From positions 1-38,874 of the forward strand of contig JAGVJW010000172.1 of NCBI GenBank assembly GCA_020050895.1: 38,874 nucleotides of DNA, given 5' to 3'. The stretch is from a bacterium (GTDB taxonomy: Bacteria; Bacteroidota; Ignavibacteria; Kapaibacteriales; Kapaibacteriaceae). Below are positions 1 through 7,837 of the stretch, piece after piece. Every line of letters begins with the position of its first letter. Within the stretch, counting starts at the first letter, position 1. The notes under the pieces were generated by a model. It was not told the DNA's origin. It saw only the letters and a list, made by a program, of their open reading frames with translations, and did not search any database. The position numbers and the translations under genes were made by a program.

Positions 1-508
1 CCAGCCACATCAGACCAGTAAAGTGTGCGAGTAACAAGCCCCCTACCGCACCCGCACTCGTCCATGCATCGGTGAGCACGTGCCTGCCATTGGCTTCTAC
101 GACGAGTGACCGTTCCCTACGGCCGTTGTGGACGAGAAAAAACCCCAGGACTGCATTTACGGCGCCAGCGGCTGCGGTAATGGAGATGCCAAGGTCCAGC
201 CGCTGGAGCGAAACTCCTTCGACAAGCTTTCCCACGGCTGTGATGATGATGACGATTGCAGCAAGGCAAATCAATCCGCCTTCGACACCTGCGCTTACAA
301 ATGCAATTTTTTCGTGACCGAAATGGTGCTCGGAATCTGGGGGACGCGACGTTACGCGTAGAGCATACCAAGCAAACCATACTGCAACTATGTGGACGAT
401 GCTTTCAGCTGCGTCGCTAAAAATTACGGACGAGCCTGTTATAAGATATGCAGTCCACTTAGCTGCCAACATTGCCACCCCTGTGAACAGGGAGGCAGTC
501 ATCCACAT
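1..508 (-). CDS. Cation diffusion facilitator (CDF) family metal efflux transporter, N-terminal part; the 3' end runs off the left window edge
   Basis: Absent from the ORF track because there is no in-window stop. My reverse-strand translation from ATG 508..506 (alternative TTG at 529) reads MWMTASLFTGVAMLAAKWTAYLITGSSVIFSDAAESIVHIVAVWFAWYALRVTSRPPDSEHHFGHEKIAFVSAGVEGG... and stays open to position 1. The TM1-TM2 layout, SDAxES..H and PxDxxHxFGHxK motifs are typical of cation-efflux proteins. It starts 27 nt after the rho stop, in the same frame. Confidence 0.7.
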   Translation of the reverse strand, partial: MWMTASLFTGVAMLAAKWTAYLITGSSVIFSDAAESIVHIVAVWFAWYALRVTSRPPDSEHHFGHEKIAFVSAGVEGGLICLAAIVIIITAVGKLVEGVSLQRLDLGISITAAAGAVNAVLGFFLVHNGRRERSLVVEANGRHVLTDAWTSAGAVGGLLLAHFTGLMWL

Positions 509-535
509 TGAAAGACGACGGTTTGGCAAATCTGA

Positions 536-1846
536 CTAGGTATTCAATGTTTTCAAAAATTCGGCATTACTTCTTGTTGCCTTTATCCTATCCAGCAATG
601 TTTCCATGGCTTCAACAGGTGGATCGTCGCTAAGCACCTTACGAAGTATCCAAACTTTATTTAGTTCTTCTTGCGTTAGCAGGAGTTCTTCCCGACGTGT
701 TCCAGAACGGTTCACGTCAATTGCCGGATAGATGCGTCTGTCGGATATTTTTCTGTCGAGCACGAGCTCCATGTTACCAGTGCCTTTGAATTCTTCAAAG
801 ATCACTTCATCCATGCGAGAGTTTGTTTCTACGAGTGCAGTTGCGATGATGGTCAGTGAGCCACCTTCTTCGACATTTCGTGCGGCGCCAAAGAATCGTT
901 TTGGCTTGTGCAATGCATTTGCATCGACGCCGCCGGAGAGCAGCTTACCGGAGTGAGGAATTACTGTGTTGTGAGCGCGAGCCAGACGTGTGATGGAGTC
1001 GAGCAGAATAACTACGTCATGCTTCGCTTCCACCAAACGTTTCGACTTTTCGAGCACCATGTCGCTCACCTGAACGTGGCGTTCCGGCGGCTCGTCGAAT
1101 GTGGAGGCAACAACTTCCGCATTCACGCTGCGCTGCATGTCGGTCACTTCTTCGGGGCGCTCGTCGATCAGCAGTACAATCAGCTTTATTTCTGGATGGT
1201 TACGTGCGATAGCATTGGCGATTTTTTGAAGCAGAATTGTTTTTCCCGCCTTAGGGGGCGATACAATCAAGCCTCGCTGGCCCTTGCCAATGGGGCTCAC
1301 TAAATCGATGATGCGTGTACTGTATTCAGACTGCATCGTCTCGAGCATTACACGTTTGTCGGGATACAGGGGCGTAAGATTTTCAAACAGTGTTCGCTCC
1401 TGGTGCTCGACATATGGAATGTAGTTGACGAGTTCAACCTTAAGCAAGGCAAAGAACCGTTCACCTTCCTTCGGAGGACGAACGTAGCCCTTTACTGTGT
1501 CGCCGGTTCGCAAGCCAAAGCGCCGCACCTGCGAAGGCGACACATACACGTCGTCGGGAGACGGCAGGTAGTTGTAGTCGGCAGATCGCAGAAATGCATA
1601 CCCATCTGGAAGGACTTCCACCACACCAACGGACATCGAAACGCCTTCGCGGTGCTGTTCCTTCATTTGCAAGGCATTTTCAGCCTCGACAATTTTTACA
1701 ATCAGATCTTGTTTTCGCAGATCACCCGAATGCTGGATACCCAGCTTCGAAGCTAATTCAATCAGCTCTGCAATTTTTTTGGACTTTAGCTCAGGAATGT
1801 CTATCAACTGTTCCTGCGGCTCATTACGTTGTTGTGCCATGCGCAC
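536..1846 (-). CDS. rho: Transcription termination factor Rho
   Basis: The 436-aa ORF has a Rho N-terminal helical domain ([13 protein letters not shown]), a cold-shock-like RNA-binding domain ([11 protein letters not shown]...[16 protein letters not shown]), Walker [16 protein letters not shown] and a RecA-type ATPase core. The track start at 1846 is GTG. ATG at 1840 (MAQQ...) is an equally good start. Confidence 0.95.
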   Translation of the reverse strand: MRMAQQRNEPQEQLIDIPELKSKKIAELIELASKLGIQHSGDLRKQDLIVKIVEAENALQMKEQHREGVSMSVGVVEVLPDGYAFLRSADYNYLPSPDDVYVSPSQVRRFGLRTGDTVKGYVRPPKEGERFFALLKVELVNYIPYVEHQERTLFENLTPLYPDKRVMLETMQSEYSTRIIDLVSPIGKGQRGLIVSPPKAGKTILLQKIANAIARNHPEIKLIVLLIDERPEEVTDMQRSVNAEVVASTFDEPPERHVQVSDMVLEKSKRLVEAKHDVVILLDSITRLARAHNTVIPHSGKLLSGGVDANALHKPKRFFGAARNVEEGGSLTIIATALVETNSRMDEVIFEEFKGTGNMELVLDRKISDRRIYPAIDVNRSGTRREELLLTQEELNKVWILRKVLSDDPPVEAMETLLDRIKATRSNAEFLKTLNT

Positions 1847-2008
1847 GCAACCGCCTGTCGGAAAAAAGTTTAAAGGGAAAAATCACCTGGAAGGCGATGG
1901 ACCATTGAAAATGGCCAATAGGAGTACATGCGAATTTCGCACAGGGAAGCTAGTAAACCAAACATTATTGAAATCCAGGTTGCGTGGATGTGTGTGCCTT
2001 GGGTAGAA

Positions 2009-2104
2009 GCCGGGAAGTTGCCGGGAGCGATATGCTGCCGGGTAAGTTGCCGGGAGACATATGCTGCCGGGTAAGTTGCCGGGAGCGATATGCTGCCGGG
2101 GAAG
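2009..2104. repeat. Tandem repeat array A: 28+29+29 bp units plus a truncated fourth unit, consensus gccgggtaagttgccgggagMSatatgct
   Basis: Read directly from the sequence. Units are at 2009-2036, 2037-2065 and 2066-2094, with a partial unit at 2095-2104. Seven GCCGGG boxes alternate at 11-12 and 17 bp spacing. The array is intergenic, between the rho start and the first + strand ORF. Confidence 0.95.
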
Positions 2105-2150
2105 ATCTCACAACGTGTCACAAATCGATGTTAGAGGGCACGCAGCCATT

Positions 2151-2684
2151 ATGAAATCTCAGCTATTGCTTCGTGATCAGAGATTGACATCGGGTCTTCC
2201 GCGTTTCATGTTCTGGTTGTTGCCTTGTTGTGAAGGATGTCCACGTTTAAGGCTCCGATTTCGTTTCCTCCTTGTTACAGCCTGCATCGTTGCGGCACAG
2301 ATAATGGGTCTCGAGTACTATGCCTGTGCTCAAACAACAGCTCGTGTTGGCGTTTGCCAGCCTGCAGCGGGATTTGCCCGCAGAGGTGGAACTTCGGCTG
2401 TTATAGGATTGCCAGCCCCTTTTAGAGCAATACAACTGCCCAATCGTTCATCATCAACCTTGGTATCACCAGGCAGCATCGATGTGCCTTTGGAGTTTGG
2501 AAGCAGAGTTACATGGAAGGTGTATGATATGGGCGGCAGGGAAGTGCAGGCAGGAACATCAAATATTCCGGAAACAGGATCGCGATCAATTGACGTTGGC
2601 AGCACGCAGGGTCTGTGCCTGCTTGTGCTCACATCAGCAGATGGTCTGATAATCTTACGCAAGGCAGTGTTCTTCGGGCGCTAA
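2151..2684 (+). CDS. Small hypothetical protein consisting of little more than a T9SS-type C-terminal sorting domain; possibly a gene remnant
   Basis: The C-terminal ~75 aa (VSPGSIDVPLEFGSRVTWKVYDMGGREVQAG...GLCLLVLTSADGLIILRKAVFF) fit the Por secretion tail pattern. The N-terminal ~100 aa are Arg/Cys-rich and look poorly protein-like. The track start at 2061 lies inside the repeat array, so ATG 2151 or 2208 is more plausible. Confidence 0.4.
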   Translation: MKSQLLLRDQRLTSGLPRFMFWLLPCCEGCPRLRLRFRFLLVTACIVAAQIMGLEYYACAQTTARVGVCQPAAGFARRGGTSAVIGLPAPFRAIQLPNRSSSTLVSPGSIDVPLEFGSRVTWKVYDMGGREVQAGTSNIPETGSRSIDVGSTQGLCLLVLTSADGLIILRKAVFFGR

Positions 2685-2706
2685 TCAAGTGTTGGTAATT
2701 TGCACT

Positions 2707-3768
2707 ATGCAGATAGCATTCATCATTGCCGTACTCGTTGCCAGCAGTACCACACTTTTCGCCCAACCAAAGCTTTCACCACAACTGCAAAACCAACGGT
2801 TGTCTACCGCTCGTGGAGCACCTGTGCGTTCGCTTGACTATGCGCTTACGAAGCCGAACGACGTGACGGAATTGGACCTCAGCGGTCAGACGTTGGGTAC
2901 ACTGTCTGACGATGTTGGAAAACTATCGAACCTGAAGGTGTTGCGTCTGCGTTCAACAGGCCTGTCTTCTCTGCCGGAAGCGCTGAAGATGTGTTCGAAA
3001 CTCGAGGAACTCGACCTTTCAGAAAATGCATTCTTACAGGTCCCCTCTGTTATCAAGAGCCTGAAACGGCTTGAGCGGCTGTTCATGAGTGGCAACCGGT
3101 TTGCCAACCTTGATGAAAAAGCATTCAATGGATTATCGAACGTTAAAATTCTTTACATAAATCAATGTTCGATGAACGCTCTGCCAATGAGCATTGCGTC
3201 GTGCCTGGACCTGGTTGAACTCAGCATTGCTCAAAACTCTATACGCACCTTGCCGCAGGGCATGGAAAACCTGAAGCAGTTGCAGAAAATAGATGCTTCT
3301 ACAAACGCATTCATTGCCATCTCTCCTTTGCTGAAGTCAATGCAGGCGCTGACGTATCTTGATTTTTCTTACAACAAGATCAAGAACTTCGATCGAGATC
3401 TGCTCAAGCTTCCAAAGCTGAACTCGCTTATGTTAACGTCGAATGGCATTTCGTCCCTACCCGACAGTCTGCCAACGTCGTCTCTAAAAATTTTAAATCT
3501 GGATTCCAACCGGATCCGACAGCTTCCGCAATCAATTGGAAAGCTGACAGGACTTGAGGAATTGTATTTGGCAGGCAACGAGCTCACCACAATACCAGCC
3601 ACCATTGGTGAATGCTTAAACCTGATTGTCCTGGATTTATCGGGGAATAGCCTTACAAGTCTGCCCGTCGTCGAGTTGGCAAAGTTGCCGGGGCTCATGC
3701 ATCTGCGCATAGCAAACAGGGTGGTGGATGCACAAGGCCAGCAGGAGGAGCGGCGAAAAAAACCGTAA
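2707..3768 (+). CDS. Leucine-rich repeat (LRR) protein with N-terminal signal peptide
   Basis: From ATG 2707 the signal peptide reads MQIAFIIAVLVASSTTLFAQ. About 12 consecutive 23-aa LxxLxxLxLxxNxLxxLPxxI repeats follow (e.g. LSNLKVLRLRSTGLSSLPEAL, LTGLEELYLAGNELTTIPATI). The track start GTG 2689 is also possible. Confidence 0.8.
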   Translation: MQIAFIIAVLVASSTTLFAQPKLSPQLQNQRLSTARGAPVRSLDYALTKPNDVTELDLSGQTLGTLSDDVGKLSNLKVLRLRSTGLSSLPEALKMCSKLEELDLSENAFLQVPSVIKSLKRLERLFMSGNRFANLDEKAFNGLSNVKILYINQCSMNALPMSIASCLDLVELSIAQNSIRTLPQGMENLKQLQKIDASTNAFIAISPLLKSMQALTYLDFSYNKIKNFDRDLLKLPKLNSLMLTSNGISSLPDSLPTSSLKILNLDSNRIRQLPQSIGKLTGLEELYLAGNELTTIPATIGECLNLIVLDLSGNSLTSLPVVELAKLPGLMHLRIANRVVDAQGQQEERRKKP

Positions 3769-3783
3769 TATTGCGACTTATTC

Positions 3784-3857
3784 GGCGGGCGTAGCTCAGT
3801 TGGTAGAGCTCCAGATTGTGGATCTGGCTGTCGTGGGTTCAATCCCCATCGCTCGCC
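3784..3857 (+). tRNA. tRNA-His (anticodon GTG)
   Basis: The cloverleaf was folded by eye. G-1 is followed by acceptor gcgggcg/cgctcgc (one G-U pair). The D-arm is tagctcagttggtagagc and the anticodon stem is ccaga/tctgg with loop ttGTGga. The T-arm is gtggg-ttcaatc-cccat and the discriminator is C. CCA is not encoded. Confidence 0.9.
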
Positions 3858-3864
3858 CACCTGC

Positions 3865-3900
3865 AACGCCAACGGTGAACACCGGAGGCGTTTGTTGTTT
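3865..3900 (+). terminator. Hairpin plus interrupted U-tract after tRNA-His (possible partial terminator or processing structure)
   Basis: aacgcc-aa-cggt-gaac-accg-ga-ggcgtt is followed by tgttgttt. The outer stem is 6 bp and the inner stem 4 bp. The T-tract is interrupted by G residues, so termination is probably leaky. Confidence 0.35.
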
Positions 3901-3912
3901 ACGATTAGCGGT

Positions 3913-5649
3913 ATGATCACAATTGTTCTTCACACTCACATTCCATATGTCTTGCACCATGGTGCATGGCCGCATGGCAGCGACTGGCTTAGCGAAGCAG
4001 TAGCAGAGTGTTACCTGCCCCTTATCAAGATGTGCAGAGTGTTGCAGGACGAAGGGATACGACCCGGCATTACCTTCGATATTTCGCCGGTTCTGTGCGA
4101 ACAATTGGCGCACAAGGATTTTGCCGAAGTGTTCAGAAGCTACTGTGATGAACATGCAGCGCTTGCCGCAAAGGATAAGGAGCAATTCAGTCGGGAGGGG
4201 GCTAACGAACTGGCTTCGCTTGCAGAATATTGGGAGGAATGGTTCAATCAGAAATGGGTCGAGTTTGACCAAACTCTTGGCTCCGATATTCTCGGCGCTC
4301 TAAAACAACTTCAAGAAGAGAATGCCATCGAAATTATTACGTGTGGTGCCACCCACGGATATCTGCCTCTACTCGCTGAAGACGCAAACGTCGACCTGCA
4401 AATACGTGCCGCAGTAGAATCGCACCATAGACATTTCTCGAGGCATCCGCAAGGCATCTGGCTTCCTGAGTGCGCGTATCGTCCTGCATACGAATGGCGC
4501 ACCTACCTCCCTGTAAACGCCTACTCAATTGCTAAATATCGTGATGGTATTGAAGAGTTTTTGGTTCGGTACGGCTTGGAATATTTTGTAACAGACGAAG
4601 CAGCACTGAAGGGTGCACAGCCGCTGGCTTATCGGGGTCCCGATGGTAGACGTACACCGTACTCCGAAACTATTGGCGACGCTCGTGCCCAGCTCGAAGA
4701 GCGATCGCCGTTCGATATGTTTAGAATAGGCGGCTACAACCACGATGCCAGCTCGGCAGTCTTCGTCCGAAATATTGATGCTACCATGCAGGTTTGGAGT
4801 GGTAAAACCGGATATCCGGGAGATCCTGACTATCTTGATTTTCATAAAAGATACTTTCGATCTTCGCATCGGTATTGGCGTGTAACCGACAACACAGCCG
4901 ATATGCAGTACAAGCAGCTCTATGTACCCGAATGGGCAAACGGCAGAGCACTCAGCCATGCACGCCATTATGCAATGATCCTTGCTGATGCTGTGCGTTC
5001 AAGAATATCGCAGCATCCTACACGGATACCGACAGTTTGTTTGCCGTTCGATGCAGAATTATTCGGGCACTGGTGGTTCGAGGGGCCTTTATTTCTTGAG
5101 CATCTTATCCGTGAGCTGCATACGTTTCATGGTATCGGCACGTCGACGACAAGTGAGCAATTCGATCGTGTGAAGCCTGCAACGGAAGTTGCGCTGCCTG
5201 AATCGTCGTGGGGAAGGAACGGCAACCACGATGTATGGATGAACGATGATGTTCAGTGGACTTGGGAAAAGGAATACCGCATTGAACGATCAGTACGAAT
5301 GTTTTGCGAAAAACATGCAAAGGCTGCCTGCGATTCAACATTCAAACGGTTGATTGTAAACATGTTTCGGCAAATGATGCTGGTACAAGCTTCCGACTGG
5401 CAGTTTCTCATCTCAACTTTTTCGTCGCGCGATTATGCAGAACAACGATTCCATAACCATCTCTCAGATGCCGAACGGTTGCGCGATGCGGCCGAGCGTT
5501 ATATAACGTTGGGACGGCTGACGGATGAGGACAAAAATCATCTGGACGAATGTGAAATGCGGGATGAGATATTTGGTCCGGAATTGGAGTCATACGTATC
5601 TGACTTATTTACCGAATGCATCGAAATACCATTATCAACTGAGATATGA
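3913..5649 (+). CDS. Glycoside hydrolase family 57 protein, 1,4-alpha-glucan branching enzyme type
   Basis: GH57 signatures are present: IVLHTHIPYV...HG.WPHG..WL.EA..ECYLPL, ITCGATHGYLPLL, GIWLPECAY (nucleophile Glu region) and FDAELFGHWWFEG (acid/base Asp region). ATG 3913 is preferred over TTG 3892, which lies inside the hairpin after the tRNA. Confidence 0.85.
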   Translation: MITIVLHTHIPYVLHHGAWPHGSDWLSEAVAECYLPLIKMCRVLQDEGIRPGITFDISPVLCEQLAHKDFAEVFRSYCDEHAALAAKDKEQFSREGANELASLAEYWEEWFNQKWVEFDQTLGSDILGALKQLQEENAIEIITCGATHGYLPLLAEDANVDLQIRAAVESHHRHFSRHPQGIWLPECAYRPAYEWRTYLPVNAYSIAKYRDGIEEFLVRYGLEYFVTDEAALKGAQPLAYRGPDGRRTPYSETIGDARAQLEERSPFDMFRIGGYNHDASSAVFVRNIDATMQVWSGKTGYPGDPDYLDFHKRYFRSSHRYWRVTDNTADMQYKQLYVPEWANGRALSHARHYAMILADAVRSRISQHPTRIPTVCLPFDAELFGHWWFEGPLFLEHLIRELHTFHGIGTSTTSEQFDRVKPATEVALPESSWGRNGNHDVWMNDDVQWTWEKEYRIERSVRMFCEKHAKAACDSTFKRLIVNMFRQMMLVQASDWQFLISTFSSRDYAEQRFHNHLSDAERLRDAAERYITLGRLTDEDKNHLDECEMRDEIFGPELESYVSDLFTECIEIPLSTEI

Positions 5650-6536
5650 CTGTAAAGTTGTCGTCTGTCATCAAGCAGATGCGAATGCATCAGTGGGTTA
5701 AAAACCTGTTGCTATTTGTCCCGCTCGGACTTGCGCACAGAATCCAGCATCTTGATGAGTTGGGCAGTGTTCTTCTCGCTTTTGTTGCATTCAGTTTTTG
5801 TGCGAGCGCCATTTACACGATCAACGACGTTGTGGACCTTGATGCCGACAGGCAGCACCCAACAAAGCGCAATCGGCCGATACCTTCGGGAACAATTTCG
5901 ATACCGTTAGCATTCGTGTTATCGGTCCTGCTGATCGTGATTTCAGGAGTGATAGCCGTTTTATGGACCAACGTCGATTTTATTGGTTGGCTTGCCATCT
6001 ACTTTGTTGTTACCACTCTCTATTCGTTTTGGCTGAAAAAGCTAGTGCTGGTAGACGTTATTACACTTGCGCTTCTCTATGTACTCAGGATTGAAGCTGG
6101 TGCCGAGGCTGCTTCCGTGACCGTATCGCCTTGGTTGCTGGCTTTCTCTTTGTTCCTTTTTTCAAGTCTAGCGTTTCTAAAACGCTATACCGAACTTCTG
6201 CTAACAGTCGAAACGGAGCAGACGCATGCAGCGCGGCGCGGATACGAGAGGGGAGACGCAGATTTTACCATGGTGGCTGGAACGGCTCTTGGTTTTATCG
6301 CCATCCTGGTGTTAACTCTTTATATCAGCAGTGCAGATGTTCAAAAACTTTACAATCACCCCTACCGGTTGTGGTACATCATTCCGTTTCTGACGTATTG
6401 GATTGCACACCTTTGGCTTACCTCTCATCGCGGGAAGATGCACGACGACCCGATTTTATTTGCCATAAAAGATTTGCGGAGCTACCTTGTTATGGCAGCC
6501 TCCATCGCAGTGATGGTTTGGGCGTCGCTGCCATGA
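5646..6536 (+). CDS. UbiA-superfamily prenyl-phosphate 5-phosphoribosyltransferase (decaprenyl-phosphate phosphoribosyltransferase-like, Rv3806c type)
   Basis: 296 aa and polytopic. The motif NDVVDLDADRQHPTKRNRPIPSG matches the NDxxDxxxDxxHPxKxxRP signature of the DPPR synthase branch of UbiA enzymes. Its start overlaps the GH57 stop (ATGA). Confidence 0.8.
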   Translation: MTVKLSSVIKQMRMHQWVKNLLLFVPLGLAHRIQHLDELGSVLLAFVAFSFCASAIYTINDVVDLDADRQHPTKRNRPIPSGTISIPLAFVLSVLLIVISGVIAVLWTNVDFIGWLAIYFVVTTLYSFWLKKLVLVDVITLALLYVLRIEAGAEAASVTVSPWLLAFSLFLFSSLAFLKRYTELLLTVETEQTHAARRGYERGDADFTMVAGTALGFIAILVLTLYISSADVQKLYNHPYRLWYIIPFLTYWIAHLWLTSHRGKMHDDPILFAIKDLRSYLVMAASIAVMVWASLP

Positions 6537-7822
6537 CTACTGGCAACACCGATTCGTGGGGACGCACTGTAGCGTCGCTTCCAGCCGAAGTCATCGACGT
6601 TGATTCCAGCTTCAAAGCCTTTGAGCCGTCCGGTCGTCAATATCTGCCTTATGGTTTGGGTCGTAGTTACGGAGATGTTTGCCTTAACAATGGCGGAACA
6701 TTGTTGCGAACGCGCCGACTTAACTCAATTCTTGAGTTCGATGCATCTACGGGTGTGATGAAGGTTGAGTCTGGGGCAATTCTTGTTGATGTTCTTAACA
6801 CCGCTTCAGCCAAGGGATGGTACCTTCCGGTAATTCCTGGAACCGGTTTCGTAAGCATTGGTGGTGCTCTTGCAAATGATATTCACGGCAAGAACCATCA
6901 CAGGCGTGGAACTTTTGGTTGCCATGTGATTGCCCTTGAACTGCTTCGCTCCGATGGTTTGCACCATGTGTGCAGTAAGGAGCAAAATGAAGGGTTGTTC
7001 CGCGCAACGATTGGCGGAATGGGACTTACAGGAATGGTTACGTGGGTGCAGATTCAATTGATGAAGATTGGGTCTACACGAATTGCTACGCAAACAACTG
7101 CGTGTAAGTCTTGGCACGATATCATACAGGTGCTGCACGACCAGGATGAACAACATGAGTACACAGTTGCATGGGTCGATGCTAAACGTGGTAGGGGGCA
7201 TGTAATCGCTGGAAATCACTTGAATGACGGCATCTATGACCGACACATGTCGGCTACGTTGCCATTTGCACCACTGCTTCGCGCTGTGCTTTTCGATGCC
7301 ACCGCCGATTTACACAATATTGTAAGGTTTTTTAGCATGCCGTCGGGGACAAAGCCTGGCATCATGTCGGCATCGAAATATTTTCATCCGCTCGATGTTG
7401 TGCCGCGGTGGAACACTGCTTACGGAGATTCTGGATTTTTTCAGTATCAGTTTGTTGTTCCGTATGAACACGGAATTTCTGCCATAGAGTCTGTCATCAG
7501 GATTCTTCAATCTCATGATATTATTTCATATCTGAGCGTACTGAAAATCTTTGGTACGAAAATGTCGCCTGGTATCATGTCGTTTCCGCAGCCTGGCCTA
7601 ACGTTAGCTCTGGATGTACCGCACAAAGGAGCATCGACTCTTGCGGCATTGTCGAAGTGCGACGAAGTAATCCTAAAACATGGCGGACGCATTTACCCCG
7701 CTAAAGATGCCAGAATGTCTGCTGACACATTTCAGAAAATGTACGAGCGGCAACTGCTGGCATTCAGGTCACACCTGGATCCTCATTTTTCTAGTACGTT
7801 TTGGAGAAGAGTTATCCAATGA
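6533..7822 (+). CDS. FAD-dependent oxidoreductase, DprE1-like (decaprenylphosphoryl-beta-D-ribose 2'-oxidase family)
   Basis: YGLGRSYGDVCLNNGG...LPVIPGTGFVSIGGALANDIHGKNHH and the C-terminal GGRIYPAKDARMSADTF closely resemble mycobacterial DprE1 as I recall it. The true start is ATG 6533, overlapping the UbiA stop (ATGA). The track start at 6131 is an out-of-frame overlap with the UbiA gene. Confidence 0.8.
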   Translation: MTTGNTDSWGRTVASLPAEVIDVDSSFKAFEPSGRQYLPYGLGRSYGDVCLNNGGTLLRTRRLNSILEFDASTGVMKVESGAILVDVLNTASAKGWYLPVIPGTGFVSIGGALANDIHGKNHHRRGTFGCHVIALELLRSDGLHHVCSKEQNEGLFRATIGGMGLTGMVTWVQIQLMKIGSTRIATQTTACKSWHDIIQVLHDQDEQHEYTVAWVDAKRGRGHVIAGNHLNDGIYDRHMSATLPFAPLLRAVLFDATADLHNIVRFFSMPSGTKPGIMSASKYFHPLDVVPRWNTAYGDSGFFQYQFVVPYEHGISAIESVIRILQSHDIISYLSVLKIFGTKMSPGIMSFPQPGLTLALDVPHKGASTLAALSKCDEVILKHGGRIYPAKDARMSADTFQKMYERQLLAFRSHLDPHFSSTFWRRVIQ

Positions 7823-7837
7823 GAGGCTGATTATAGT

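Noticed and set aside
2009-2104. The 29-bp repeat arrays (here and at 34772-34897) as CRISPR arrays
   Set aside because: Repeat length is CRISPR-like, but the units are directly abutting with no spacers. No cas genes are in the window.
3682-3692. An 11-mer aagttgccggg identical to the array A core, inside the LRR coding sequence
   Set aside because: It is a single short match inside a well-supported ORF, and the flanking bases diverge from the repeat unit. This is compatible with chance given the number of k-mers compared.
6131-6532. N-terminal 134 aa of track ORF 6131..7822
   Set aside because: It overlaps the UbiA-type gene in another frame. The DprE1-like homology begins only after ATG 6533, which forms an ATGA overlap with the UbiA stop.
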